Shown one piece after another: positions 26,140 to 38,374 of a stretch of 64,000 nucleotides of DNA; position 1 is the first letter of the stretch, and each line of letters begins with the position of its first letter. The stretch covers positions 224,626,001-224,690,000 of the forward strand of contig OZ024740.1 in the NCBI GenBank assembly GCA_964016885.1. Reading direction: 5' to 3'. The notes beneath the pieces are model-generated. The model had not been told where the DNA came from, did no database searches, and saw only the letters and a program-made list of their open reading frames with translations. Source of the stretch: Eledone cirrhosa (taxonomy: Eukaryota). The position numbers were made by a program, and so were the translations under genes.

Positions 26140-28562
26140 ATGTATGTGTGTATATATACAGACATATATACATTTATATATATATATATATCCTGTTGCT
26201 AATCTGATAAAATTGAAATTCCAAAGGATATATGTGATATAAATATATAAATGTGAAGAATATGTAAATGATTTATAGTGATTCATTGAAAGAATTGGGA
26301 AAATAATAAAAAATGCCAAAGAAAATCTCAAATTACTTCCGTGAAATTATTATTGGTTATTTGAATAAAATATTGCAAGCAGACATAAATTCAGTCCACA
26401 TGATATGGATATTGTAACACATTTGCATTATGATTCAAAACTGTGGAATTTTTATAGAGATCAACCAGTCTATAAATTCTTGTTGCCATCTTTTGCTTAG
26501 AAGTCGAATATGAGATTAATGTTTCTAGGAGATAAATATCAACCCTCTTTTGAAATAGTAATATTTTTTCCCAATAATTATTTATCTCCCAAAGAGAATT
26601 TTAAATTATAATGAATATTTAAATAAACAATTAGAGTGAATTCTGCTGAACAAAATGATTTACCTCAACTTTTTTGTATTGTTTTGACCTTCAGATTATT
26701 GAATATTTTCTGATGCTAGCTGATTGCAATGGAATGTTGTTATTCAGATCAAGCCCCATGGCATAAAATATGTATATTAAGCCTTCAGGAATGTTCCAAA
26801 ATATATGGAGACATGTGTGATGAGGTCATAAACGTTCCTCTCCCTTTTGGACTTATCTACAAATCACAACAGTCATTCCAGCATTTCATTACATGCAGCA
26901 GTGTCATGTGTGCAAATATGAAACCTGATGGATGAGGAATTGTAAATAAATAAATATATGTAGGAATGTAGCCTTTTATCACATGTCATTATTTCTGATG
27001 TAGTTCTGTATAAAAATGCCTGCAAGTGTGTTTATTCTTTGAAACAAAAGTACAGTTGCTATTTTCTTGAGCAAATCCTTTAACTAAATACGTAAAACAA
27101 CATTCCATCAGTAGACTATCTGATAACATTCTAAAAAATAGGTTATTTTTTTTTTTTAGAAAATAGAAAAAGTTATTCAAATTGACATTTCCCCTCTTCT
27201 CATGCCTTTTTCTTTGTCTTTATTTTTCTACATTTCTCTTTTACTCTCTCTTCTATCTTTCTCCATTGACACATGCTCTCATGTAAGATCAATGCAGTTT
27301 TCAAAACAGAGCAACTAGTGTACTTACCTTTCTTTGCTTATTAAATGTCTTCATTTTTTTTTCATGTGGGGGACAGTGGCTTCATAACAGAAACTAATTA
27401 TTTTAGAAGTTGAATATCTTTCTTTCTAACTATGAATATTGAATGATACACCTAATCTGTCGCCTTCTTTAAAACTACTAATCTAGCCCTAGAGTAACTT
27501 GTAGCAGGGTCCACTCAGTTGCAAGCATTTGAACCAGGTCTCTGGATTGATGATATCATCTTATATCCCCACCACACACACACACCTTAGTGGCCCTGGA
27601 AATAGTTATGAACACTGCCCATCTATCCCTGACTATACAGTAAAAACAAACACAAACAAAAAGCTTTGAAATAGGAAATGAAGCCTGTTGCCATCCAATT
27701 AAATTGTGGCAACTGAAGTGTAATGTTTATTGAAATAACACAGTAGCTATAACAAAGTTGGAACTTATAAATATACAACTATTGTACTTTATATGTTAAA
27801 CGTCGTTCAATACTACTAATTTAGCTAAAAACCAGGGCTAATCATCTTTTTTGTAACATGAAAAATCATCTGTTTGAAATCAGATTTATTGGAAACATCT
27901 ATTATTATCAAAATTTTATGTCTGCTTTTCTCTGCTGGCTTGGGTTAAATGAAAAAGTTTGAGGTAGTATTCTCCAACTAACTGCCCACCCTGACATCAA
28001 TTCATAATTATATTTTGAAGTATGATACTCATTCCATTTCATTGATCTTCTCCAAATGATTAAGCTGGATCAATATCCATGATTCAATAATGATGTAGTT
28101 ATGCTACATATTAACCTATTCAAAATTGACTTGGGAGCAAAATCAAACCTCATGAGACATACTTGAACTGTAACAATACACCCCATGGGTACAGACATGG
28201 CTGTTAGTTTAAGAATTTCATTCTGAGGCCATTTAGTTTTAGATTTGATCCAACTGATTGGGCACATTCACAAATAGATTATATTAAATTTCCTTATAAC
28301 TTTCACTTCTCTAACACATTTTATCTTAACAATTTGATATAATTTGCTGCTGAGTGTTTATACGACATTCTTTAAAGATTTCTTCATTGGTCATTGTTTC
28401 ATCATCAACATCATCATCATTGGTTAACTTCCATCGTCCATGCTAGCATGGGTAAGACGGTTTTGTTCCATTTGATGCAGGATTGGTCGGGAGACCATCC
28501 CTCACTCATAAGGAACTGTCTCTGGAAGGTTTTTTATGTTGTTAATTTCTTTCTTTAACATC

Positions 28563-28795
28563 TTAACTCTTTTGATACCATATTTCTAATGAGAGCGACT
28601 GTCTATGATTTGGAAAATAATTTTGAAAATAATCAAGAATTAACTTTCTTGTTATTTAGTTAATGTTTGAAACTTAACAATAAATCTTACATAAAATTAA
28701 GTTGAATAATTTAACATAAAATTATGGTAAATACTTTAACATAGTATCATAAAACTAGAAACTGTTCCAGGTGGTTTGGTATTAAATTTGATAAC
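28563..28795. mobile_element. Possible degenerate piggyBac-type MITE
   Basis: Starts ttaactcttttgatacca and ends with degenerate ggtattaaatttgataa; related sequence at ~51085-51210. Confidence 0.3.
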
Positions 28796-29619
28796 AATAA
28801 AGGAATTATGATGTAATTTCTTTGGAATTAAGAATTCACAGTGTATATATTTTGATTTTGCTAACAATCAACTAATTAGTTTTAGAAAATAAATGAACAT
28901 TTCAATATTCTATTAGTAAACATTTGTTGGAGAAAGATATGTCCCATCATTATCATCATTTTACATCTGCTTCCCAAATCAGCATAAGTTAGATACATAC
29001 CTCATCTTTCTCATATGTTCATATGCTACACACTTGGAAAGGCGTTTATAGCTGGATGTCCTTTAAAAATCCAACACATTACAGTTTGTATTGGGTGCAT
29101 TTAATCATGAGGCCAGCACTACCACTTTACAGCTTCACAGAGTGTACTGGATGCATTTTATTATGGTATCAGCACTACTGCTTTATAGAATGTTTAGGTG
29201 TATTTCATCAAACAACACATCCATTTCAGTGTAGTGGATGTGTTCTTTTCATGGCATTAGCACTACAAAACACCTATATACATTTTTTTTTTCAGAATGT
29301 AATTCTTTTTTTCAGTTTGTAATTTTAAGGAAATATAAAATAGTTTACACATGATTTGGAATTATTTTAAAACTTCATACATATAATTTAAACATTATTA
29401 TTATTTTTGTTTACATTTTAAAAATGTTTTCATTGCTAATACTTGAGTGTCAATGCGAAATCTTGACCTAGTTTTGTGACAGACAGACATATTTTACTGG
29501 ATTAATTCTTAGTTTCATTTTACAGTATTTTGAGTAAGAGATGCTTTGACAAGTTTTCTTTTTCAGATAGGATAATTAGGAGAAATGAATTATTATAACT
29601 ATCACCATCAGCAACATAG

Positions 29620-30032
29620 AGTGGTGGCTTGGCAGAAACATAATAGTGTTGGATAAAATATCTTATGGTATTTAGTTCTGACATTTTAGGTACTGAGTTC
29701 AAATCTTGCCAAGGTCAACTTTGACTTTCATCCTTCTGGGATAGAGCAAATAAAATATCAGTTTAATACTGGGATCAATATAATTTACATTCTCTTCCCC
29801 CATATTGCTGGCCTTGTGCCAATATTAGAAAGATAGCAGAGTTGGTAGAGTGTAGGATAAAATGCCATTGCAGTATATATTCTGGCTGTTTCAAATCCTA
29901 CCAAAAATCAAATTACTCTTTCATTCTTCCGAGGTCAATAAAATAAAGTACGACTCAAATACTGGGGTTGATTTAATCAACATTCTCTTCCCCTTCAATT
30001 TGCTGGCCTTGTGCCGAATGTAGAAACAATCA
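29620..30032 (+). mobile_element. Two tandem older Nin-domain SINE copies
   Basis: Two B-box + Nin + ttgctggccttgtgcc..agaaa units (29620-29832, 29835-30032). Confidence 0.65.
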
Positions 30033-30489
30033 TTGCTGTTACATGTTATTGGTGTTTTTGTTAGAACTAGGATGTTTTTCAACACGCTGACATATATGTG
30101 TATTATATGTGTGCATGTGTGTGTGTGTGTGCATATGCATACATTTATATGTATGAGTATATAAATATAAACGCACAAACACAGACACACGTACAAAAAT
30201 ACAAATTCATTTACACAAACACACACATACACATGGTGTAGCAACTGGAACACCAGCCACCAATTTTGCTATAGTTTTTGCATCATCCCTTTCCTTCCTT
30301 TTACACACACATACATTCACACACACATTGTGTGATCGATTGACAGAAGTTGCTCAAATTTACATAAAGTTAAGCACACTTCTTACTGGACTACAACTCA
30401 TGGATGAGATCTTTTCTTATCCTTTCCCCTATTAAGTTCCTTCCATGCTGTTCATAGCCATCCTCAATTTGTGTCAAAAACTTAACTGA

Positions 30490-30850
30490 CACTTCTTGCT
30501 GATCCAATTAAATAATGTTTCACACTGAATTCAATCCAAAGTTCGGAAGCAGCTTTCCAACATTTATATTCAAATGCTTTGCTATGATTGAAAAGCCTCT
30601 GATGACAATTGCCATAGTTATAACCTTGTCAACTTCTTTGTTCCAGCAAATGAAAATTTTATATTTCAAGTCAGTGTAATGTTTCATTTTTTCTTTCACC
30701 TCCTTGTTTTAAACTCTGGTATCAAATGGACATGATATGTCAATTACGAAGGACATTTTCCTTTAACCAACAACTTTAATATTCAGTTTATTTTGTATTT
30801 TTCTTTTGGTTTGTATGGAAAAATTACACTTCATTCTTTTCAAGGACTTT
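30490..30850 (-). pseudogene. Degraded R4/Dong-type RLE C-terminal fragment
   Basis: Minus-strand FVIDISCPFDTRV motif, homologous to LIVDVACPFDMRV at ~38010. Confidence 0.55.
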
Positions 30851-30866
30851 AATTTATAATAATAAT

Positions 30867-31047
30867 AATTGTTTCTATTTTTGGCACAAGACCAGCAATT
30901 ATCCCAGTGCATTACTGGTGCTTTATTTTATCAACCCCCATAAGGCTGAAAGGCAAAGTTAAACTTGGTCGGATTTGAATTCAGACGGTAAAGGACTGTA
31001 ACTCTATGCTACAAAACATGGTGTCTGATGCTCTACCTATACTGCCA

Positions 31048-31048
<1 letters not shown>
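30867..31048 (-). mobile_element. Nin-domain SINE (family A) between (AAT)n tracts
   Basis: Reverse complement of 13120-13308. Confidence 0.8.
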
Positions 31049-31098
<50 letters not shown>

Positions 31099-31100
<2 letters not shown>

Positions 31101-33486
31101 TTTTCTTTATTAACCACAAGGGTTTACATAAAGTAGACATTAAGGACAGTACAGGACAATATAGGACGATACAAATGGGCATTTCTGCGTGTAAAAAACA
31201 AAAACAGAAGATGTAACAAAAAAATAACAATGAAAAATTCCCCAATAGGGGGGAAACTTCCAAGGGACATTTGTGGAGAAAGCCCATTAAAAGGCCACAG
31301 TGACCCTGACCACCAGGGCAAATGCCCTCTCCCAGTTTTCCACCTTTAATTTACAGACACATACTCAGAGTAGGCCCATTCGCTCGGGCCATTCTTGCTT
31401 CTCTCACCCATCTTTCAACAAAATGCTGGGAAGAGAGCACTTCCCTCTCTACCCTAATTTTCCTTTTCAAATGAAATTTGAAAAAGTCAATCAGGGCATC
31501 ACCAATGAGGTAAGTGCTCGTCTTCAGCCCTTTCAAACGTGTCCACCATACTATCTCTTTCGCAATGGCCACCAGACAGATAAAAACTGCCTGCCCTTCT
31601 CGGCTAAAGGAAGAGGGCGGGGCAATCCTCACGATGGACTGAGCTGATAGCCGGATCCGTCCTACACGTGACAGCAGGTGTTCGACATAAACCCACAAGT
31701 CAGAAATTCTCGGACACTGGACGAGTGCGTGCAGGACAGTTTCGTCGCCCTGTGCGCATCTCAGACATGCCCGGCTGACGGCACCTCCATGCCTGTAGAG
31801 TTTATCCCGAACTGGCAAAGCTCCTCAGTAGCACTGCCAGGCAAGGGATTTCTGGAAGTTGTCCATAGGCCCCGGCCCGAAAGTTCTTCCAAAAAGATTG
31901 GCTAGTTGATTTTCGTCGACGCCTAGATTTTCCCTAAGTACGTCGTCTCTCTTCCAATCCACTAATCTTCTATAGAACGCCAAGATGGAGTTTCCACCGA
32001 TCACATTGCCCGATCTGTCGAGGGCTGTGAGCGCCTAAAGACATTCCAGTATCCAAGCACTCCCTCTCGGTTTTTGCTTGACCCATGACAGCAACTCCGT
32101 CAAGGAGATGAGCTGGGGAAAGACGCGTCTAGCAAACGGCGACCCCACCTGATCACCGTCGAGGAAGAGGTGGAGATGTCGTAGCCTGAGCGCGTGTCTG
32201 CGCATCACCAGCCACGGCATGCCCAGCCCTCCACGTAGCGGGTGTTGACAGCAGATGGACAGCCTGACTATCGGAGCGCGTCCCTTCCACAAAAAGCGAA
32301 AGAGCAAATGATCCAGCACAGTCAGGCGAGGCTTAGGACAATGCACGACGGTCAGGCGGTAGTAGATGACGGGCGCGATATACGCGTTAGCCACCTCCGC
32401 TCGACCTTTCAGGGATAGCTTCCTCTCCGCCCATTTCTGGGTGAGAGAAGCCACCCTGCTCGTCACCTCGTCCCAGTTTTTGTCCGTCTAGAGGTCCGGA
32501 CCGAACCAAATCCCTAGCAATTTAACCGGTCCGTCCATCCAACGCCCGACGGCGCCGTTGGACGGCATGGACCTGCTTCTCCAGGTGCCGAGCTGCAGGC
32601 CCACCGACTTTTCCTGGTTGATCATTGGTCCTGTCACCGCTTCGTATTCTATTAATGTAGTACCGATCGCCTCGATGTGTTTGGCGTCCGATACGACTAC
32701 GGTGACATCGTCTGCATATGCTGACGCGGATCTTCCGCATCCTAGTTCGCGCGGGACCCCCTCAACATCTCCAGTTTGTGCAGTAATGGCTCGAGAGTCA
32801 ATACGTACAAAAGGAACGAGAGGGGACATCCTTGGCGGACCAAGCGCATGATGTTGAACGGTTCCGAAAGGTGACCGTTCACTCTCACCACAGAGCAGAT
32901 GTCGCTGAGCATGGCAGCGAGCCAGTCTCTGAGGACGGGTCCAATGCCAGCCGCCCTCAGGACTGCTGCAAGTTAACGATGGTCGACCCTATCGATAAGC
33001 TTTCGTCTGATCTAAATTGATCAAGGACCAAACCCGTGCCGGGTTCCATGGCTACCCTCTCCACGATGTATCGCATGAGATGGAGGTTGTCGTGGATGGA
33101 TCTGTCGGGAATGGCGCATGTCTGCGCCTCTCCTACCAGATTACCAACGACAAGCGCCAACCTCTTTGCTAGCATCTTGGCTAAAATCTTGAACTCTGTG
33201 TTTAGCAGAGTTATGGGCCTGAAATTATCTGTTATCCCCCTTGTTCGGATCCTTTTTCAGCAGCGCCACCGCTTCTCGGCTCAAAGAGCTGGGAATTCTC
33301 CCGTTCTGTTGCCAGTTGCCCTAGACGTCCGCCAAGAGCCTTCCAAACAAGTCTGGCATATGTACGTAAAGTTCATAGGGCAGACCATCCAAACACGGCA
33401 ATTTACCCCTCGTGCAGCCAGTCATTGCCTCCCGTACTTCAGCTGCTGTTATCGGCTTTCCGCAACACTCCACCTCAGTGGCCGAG
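31099..33486 (-). mobile_element. 5'-truncated Tx1/L1-group LINE (RT + CCHC + 3'UTR), disrupted
   Basis: Close match to 57183-59560; YADD, CLRCAQGDETVLHALVQC; 3' end abuts (AAT)n at 31047-31098. Confidence 0.92.
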
Positions 33487-35800
33487 TTTTCTTTATCGGC
33501 CACAAGGACTGACATCAAGAAAAACATTACAGACGGCACAGGACAGTACAGGACGGTACGATGTGGGTTTTGTTCGTGTAAAGAATTTTATTATTTTTCA
33601 TTGTTTCTTTTTTGTTACATCCTCTGTTTTACTTTTTTCAAACGCAGAAATGCCTATTTGTACCATCGTGTATTGTCCTGTACTGTGCTTAATGTCTTAC
33701 TTTGTATAAACCCTTGTGGTTAATAAAGAAAGCATTATTTATATAAGAAAAGCGGTAGGCGGTGGAATGGCAGTATCGGTAGAGGGTCGGATGCCATGCT
33801 TTCCAGCTTATTTACGTCCTTTAACGATCTAGTTCAAATCCTGCCGAGGTTGACTTTGCCTTTCATCCTTACGGGGTCGATAAAATAAAGTACCAGTAAT
33901 ACACTGGGTATTTGATGGCCTTGTGCCAAAAAAGTAGAACCAATTATTTATATAAGAAAAGAAAAAGAAAAAGACATAGAAACATAGAAACAATAAAAAT
34001 GAAAATTCAAACAATGAAAAATTCCCCAATATGGGGGAAACCTCTGAGGGTTACTCGTGGCGAAAACCACACAAAAGACCACGGCCACCCTGACCGCCAG
34101 GGCAAGCGCCCTCTCTCAATTTTTCCATTTCTCAAACTACAGGCGTATATTCAGAGCGGTCCAGTTCACTCGGACCATTCTCGCTACATTAACCCACCTT
34201 TCAATAAACTTGCTAGAAGGCAGCACATGCCTCTCCACCCTGATTTTCCTTTTCAAGTGAAACTTGAAAAAGTTAATTAGGGATTCGCCGAAGAGGAAAG
34301 TGTCTGGCTTTAACCCTTTTAACTTTGTCCACCACACAATCTCTTTCGCCATGGCCACCAGGCAGATGAAAACCGCCTGCCCTTCCTCCTCGAAGGAAGA
34401 CGGTGACACCATCGGCACAATGGACTCAGTCAATAATCGGATCAGTCCTACACGCGACAGAAACTGTTCGACATAGCTCCACAAGTCACCAATGCTCGGG
34501 CACTGAACGAGTGAGTGCACGACGGTTTCGTCGCTCTGCGCGCATCTTGGACAGGCTCAGCAGACGGCACTTCCATGCTTGTAGAGCTTATCTCGAACCG
34601 GCAACCCTCCCCGGTAACCCTGCCAGGCCAGGGATTTTTAGAAGTTATCCATAGGCCCCGGGCTGAAAGTTCTGCGGAAGAGGGCAAACAACTGATCTTC
34701 TTCGACGCCCAGGATCTCTCTGAGGACGTCGTCGCTCTTCCCCTCCGCTAGTCCTCTATAGAACACTGAGGTGGATGTTCCACCGATACTGGTGCCCAGC
34801 TGGCAGAGGGTGGTGAGCGCCTGAAGACATTTCAGTTTCCAAGCGCTATCACTCGGTCTTTTCCTGACCCAGGACTGCAGCTCCGTCAAGGAGACGAGCT
34901 GGGAAAAGCGCGTCTGGCAAACGGCGACCATACCTGTTCACCGCCAAGGAAGCACCAGAGATGTCGTAGCCTCCGTGCATGTTTGCGCATCATCAGCCAT
35001 TGCATGCCCAGTCCTCCACGCAACGGGTGTTGACAGCAGATGGATCCTCTGACCATGGGAGCACGTCCCTTCCACAAAAAGCGGAAGAGGAGGCGCTCCA
35101 TTTTGTTGAGAGTTGGGTCGGGGCAAGGGTCGACGGTTAGGCGGTAGCAGATGACGGATGCGATGTACGCATTCGCCACCTCCGGCCGGCCTTTCAGGGA
35201 CAGCTTCCTCTCGGCCCATTTCTGGGTGAGAGAGGACACCCCGCTCGTCACCTCGCTCCTGTTTTTCTCCATCTGGAGGTCCGGTCCAAACCAGACCCCG
35301 AGCAATTTAACCGGTTCGTCCGTCCAACGCCACACGATGCTGTCGGACGGCATGGACATGCTTCTCCAGGTGCCGAGCTGCAAGCCCACCGACTTTTCCT
35401 GGTTTATCTTTGCTTCTGTCACCGCTTCGTATTCCTTGAGAGCTGTGCCGAGCATCTGGACGTGTCTGGTACTGGACACCACCTCGGTGACGTTGTCGGC
35501 GTAAGCCGACTTGTATTTCCCGCATCCTAGTTCGCGTGGGACGCCCCTCATCACCGCCAGTTTGTGCAGTAACGGCTCGAGAGCCAATACGTACAAGGGG
35601 GACGATAGGGGACAACCCTGGCGGACCGAGCGCATTATGCTGAACGGCTGCGACAGGTGACCGTTCACCTCACAACTGAGCAGATGTCGCTGTATATCGC
35701 AGCGATCCAACCCCTGAAAACGGGCCCAAAACCGGCTGCCTCGAGGACAGCCGCAAGGTACCGATGGTCGACCCTATCAAATGCTTTGGATTGATCCAAA
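33487..35800 (-). mobile_element. Diverged Tx1-group LINE 3' part, interrupted by an inverted 3'UTR fragment (~33590-33738, +) and a SINE
   Basis: RSVRQGCPLS, SAYADNVT, WAERKLSLKGR, FFKFHLKRKIRVER; 5' end abuts (AAT)n. Confidence 0.85.
33758..33947 (+). mobile_element. Nin-domain SINE (family A)
   Basis: Full-length copy; flanking direct repeat attatttatataagaaaag (TSD). Confidence 0.85.
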
Positions 35801-36009
35801 ATAATAATAATAATATTACATCCCTCGTTGCTATGACTACGAGCTGAGCATAGATAAAATCAAAAACAGCAGCAGCAGCAACAACAACACTACTAACCGA
35901 TGTTACTGACCTTGAAAAACAAAAAGGAAAAAAACTAAGTCAGACATTCAAACATTACAATGAAACTTATGTTTATTTTTTTATCTTTTTATTTATTTAT
36001 GTTCATCTA

Positions 36010-36945
36010 CAGCGTGATGGTGCCACGCTAAAATCATCGGTGGTGATGCAATCACCGGTGGTTATGTAACCATACATCCACCAATCCTCGATATGAGTGT
36101 TTAAATGTTGAACCTAAACAGTTCGAATAACGGTGAAAAGGAGACTGGAACGTCATGTGAAAGACCCTCACCCAGCAAGTGCTCCCTGGCCCAGCAGCAA
36201 GGACCTGGCTCTCATCCAAATACTGCTAGTGTTGGAGGAAGAAGAAGAAGGAATGGGACAAGAACCAACTGGACGAAAGAATTGAATAGAACTGTCATGG
36301 AATGTTACCCGAAGAGTAACCCCATTGAAAAAAGTTATAGGAAACGGATGTATAACATCTGGAACGAGATTGGTCTATTTAAATTAGATGAACAAAAATT
36401 GGCCGGGCAGGCTCGGGTAATAAGAACTAATGGATGGATAAGCGAGTTGGAACTGGAGGAACTGAGCAGAGAGATTAAGTTGGAAATGGAGAGTGGAGTA
36501 TATCAGACAAACGAGCCAGTGGGAAATGAAGGTGAAGAGGTTGAGAGACCTGAGGAAGCATCTGAAGCAGACAATGATCTGAATGCTGAAATAAATAACA
36601 TCTGGAACAAAGATACGGCCATTGAGGAAATGAATGCTGATGGGCCAGGACAATATTTGGTTGATATCCTGAACTTAGTGGTAGATGAAATGAACAATGA
36701 TAGTGGAAAACCTATGAACCTAAGATTTGTAGACAGGAAAAAGTTAAAAGAAACAACAGCTAAAGTAAACAAAGACATCCCATACCTTGAGACGAGGAAC
36801 CTTCACCAATGCAACCTTAAATGTGGTGAGGAAACTACTCGGCATAAAAACGAGAGGAAACAACAAACAAGAAAGATCAGAACCTTGGTGGAAGAAACGA
36901 CTGAATGGTCAAATCAAGGAAATGAGAAAAGACATGAGAAAAGAC
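36010..36945 (+). mobile_element. 5' portion of R4/Dong-clade non-LTR retrotransposon (N-terminal ORF region)
   Basis: ORF from 36105: RTNWTKELNRTVMECY..SYRKRMYNIW..EQKLAGQARVIRTNGWISELELEEL and (frameshifted) EPWWKKRL..QIKEMRKD, typical of the R4/Dong N-terminus. Confidence 0.8.
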
Positions 36946-37303
36946 ATTGGTTTTGTCGCTCTGCGCGCATCTCGGACAGGCTCGGCTGACGGCACTTCCA
37001 TGCCTGTAGAGCTTATCTTGAACCGGCAACACACTCTGGTAGCACTGCCAGGCCAAGGACTTTTGGAAGTTATCCATAGGCCCTGGGCTGACAGTTCTCA
37101 GGAAGTGAGCAAACAGCTGATCTTCTTCGACGCCCAGGATCTCTCCGAGAACACCGTCGCTCTTCCTCTCCACTAGTCCTCTATAGAACGCCGAGGTGGA
37201 TGTTCCACCGATACTGGTGCCCAGCTGGCAGAGGGTGGTGAGCGCCTGGAGACATTCCAGTTTCCAAGCGCTATCCCTCGGTCTTTTCCTGAGCGAGGAC
37301 TGC
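36946..37303 (-). pseudogene. Internal Tx1-group ORF2 fragment
   Basis: PGPMDNFQKSLAWQCY..RACPRCAQ; bounded by (AAT)n at 37304. Confidence 0.85.
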
Positions 37304-37350
<47 letters not shown>

Positions 37351-37352
<2 letters not shown>

Positions 37353-37537
37353 TGTTTCTAGTTTTTGCACAAGGCCAGCAATTACCAGTGCATTACTGGT
37401 ACTTTATTTTATCGACCCCATAAGGATGAAAGGGAAAGTTAACCTCGGCGGGATTTGAACTCAGAATGGCAAGGGCCGTAACTCTATGCCTCAAAGCATG
37501 GCGTCCGACCCTCTACTGATAATGCCAATCCACCGCC
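37351..37537 (-). mobile_element. Nin-domain SINE (family A) within (AAT)n
   Basis: Full-length reverse copy. Confidence 0.85.
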
Positions 37538-37566
37538 TTAACAATAATAATAATTATAATAATAAT

Positions 37567-37749
37567 GTTTTCTTTATTAACCACAAGGGTTTACACAAAG
37601 TAAGACATTAAGTACATTACAGGACGGTACAAATGGGCATTTCTGTGTGTAAAAAAATCAAAAATCAGAGGATGTAACAAAAAAGAAACAATGAAAAATT
37701 CCCCAATAGGGGCAAGACTTCCGTGGAGAAAGCCCAAGCAAGTGTCCTC
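37567..37749 (-). mobile_element. Tx1-group 3'UTR-only insertion within (AAT)n
   Basis: gttttctttattaaccacaagggtt... matches 57183-57360; (AAT)n on both sides. Confidence 0.85.
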
Positions 37750-37769
37750 AATAATAATAATAATAATAA

Positions 37770-38345
37770 ACACCTAGCCCAGACTCACTATAAAGGCTGG
37801 AGACATGATGTGATAGGCAGGGTGATCTGCTGGCATCTATGCAAAGTCAACAATTTACCACATTTGGAGAAGTGGTATGAGCATAAGTCGGAGTCGGTGA
37901 TAGAAAACGATCAGGTGAAGGTGCTATGGGATTTTAGGATACAGATGGACAAGAAATTAGAACACAATATTCCTGAACTGGTGGTTTTGGACAAGGAAAA
38001 AAGATTGTGCCTCATTGTAGATGTAGCCTGCCCCTTTGACATGAGAGTGCAAGGAAAGGAGAGGGAGAAAATTAACTGATACCAGGATTTAAAGTGGGAG
38101 TTAAAAAGAATTTGGACCTGCCATGAAGTCAAGGTCGTCCCGATTGTCATAGGCGCACTAGGTACTATCTCAAAAAGTTTCCAGGGATGGTTAAAGAAGA
38201 TTAGTCCAGCCCCACTTTCTGGAACACTTCAAAAGGCATGCTTGCTGGGAACAGCAAGAACCTTCCAATACATCCTGAATATCTGAGGTTGCAGGTAGCG
38301 GCTTGATATTCATTTCAACAAACGTACCAGTTAAATAACAATAAT
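37770..38345 (+). pseudogene. R4/Dong-clade 3' fragment (restriction-like endonuclease domain)
   Basis: RHDVIGRVICWHLCK..WYEH..LWDFRIQMDK..PELVV..LIVDVACPFD..K..YQDL..VVPIVIGALG..LQKACLLGTA; AAT-rich flanks. Confidence 0.88.
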
Positions 38346-38374
38346 AACAATAACTCAAAGAACAATAATAATAA

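Noticed and set aside
26694-26945. Possible host exon or eroded mariner transposase
   Set aside because: All frames are closed soon after the acceptor-like site, and similarity to transposase motifs is too weak
35815-36100. HDV-like ribozyme at the 5' end of the R4/Dong fragment
   Set aside because: Hairpins and a cctcgt word are present, but I could not build the nested double pseudoknot
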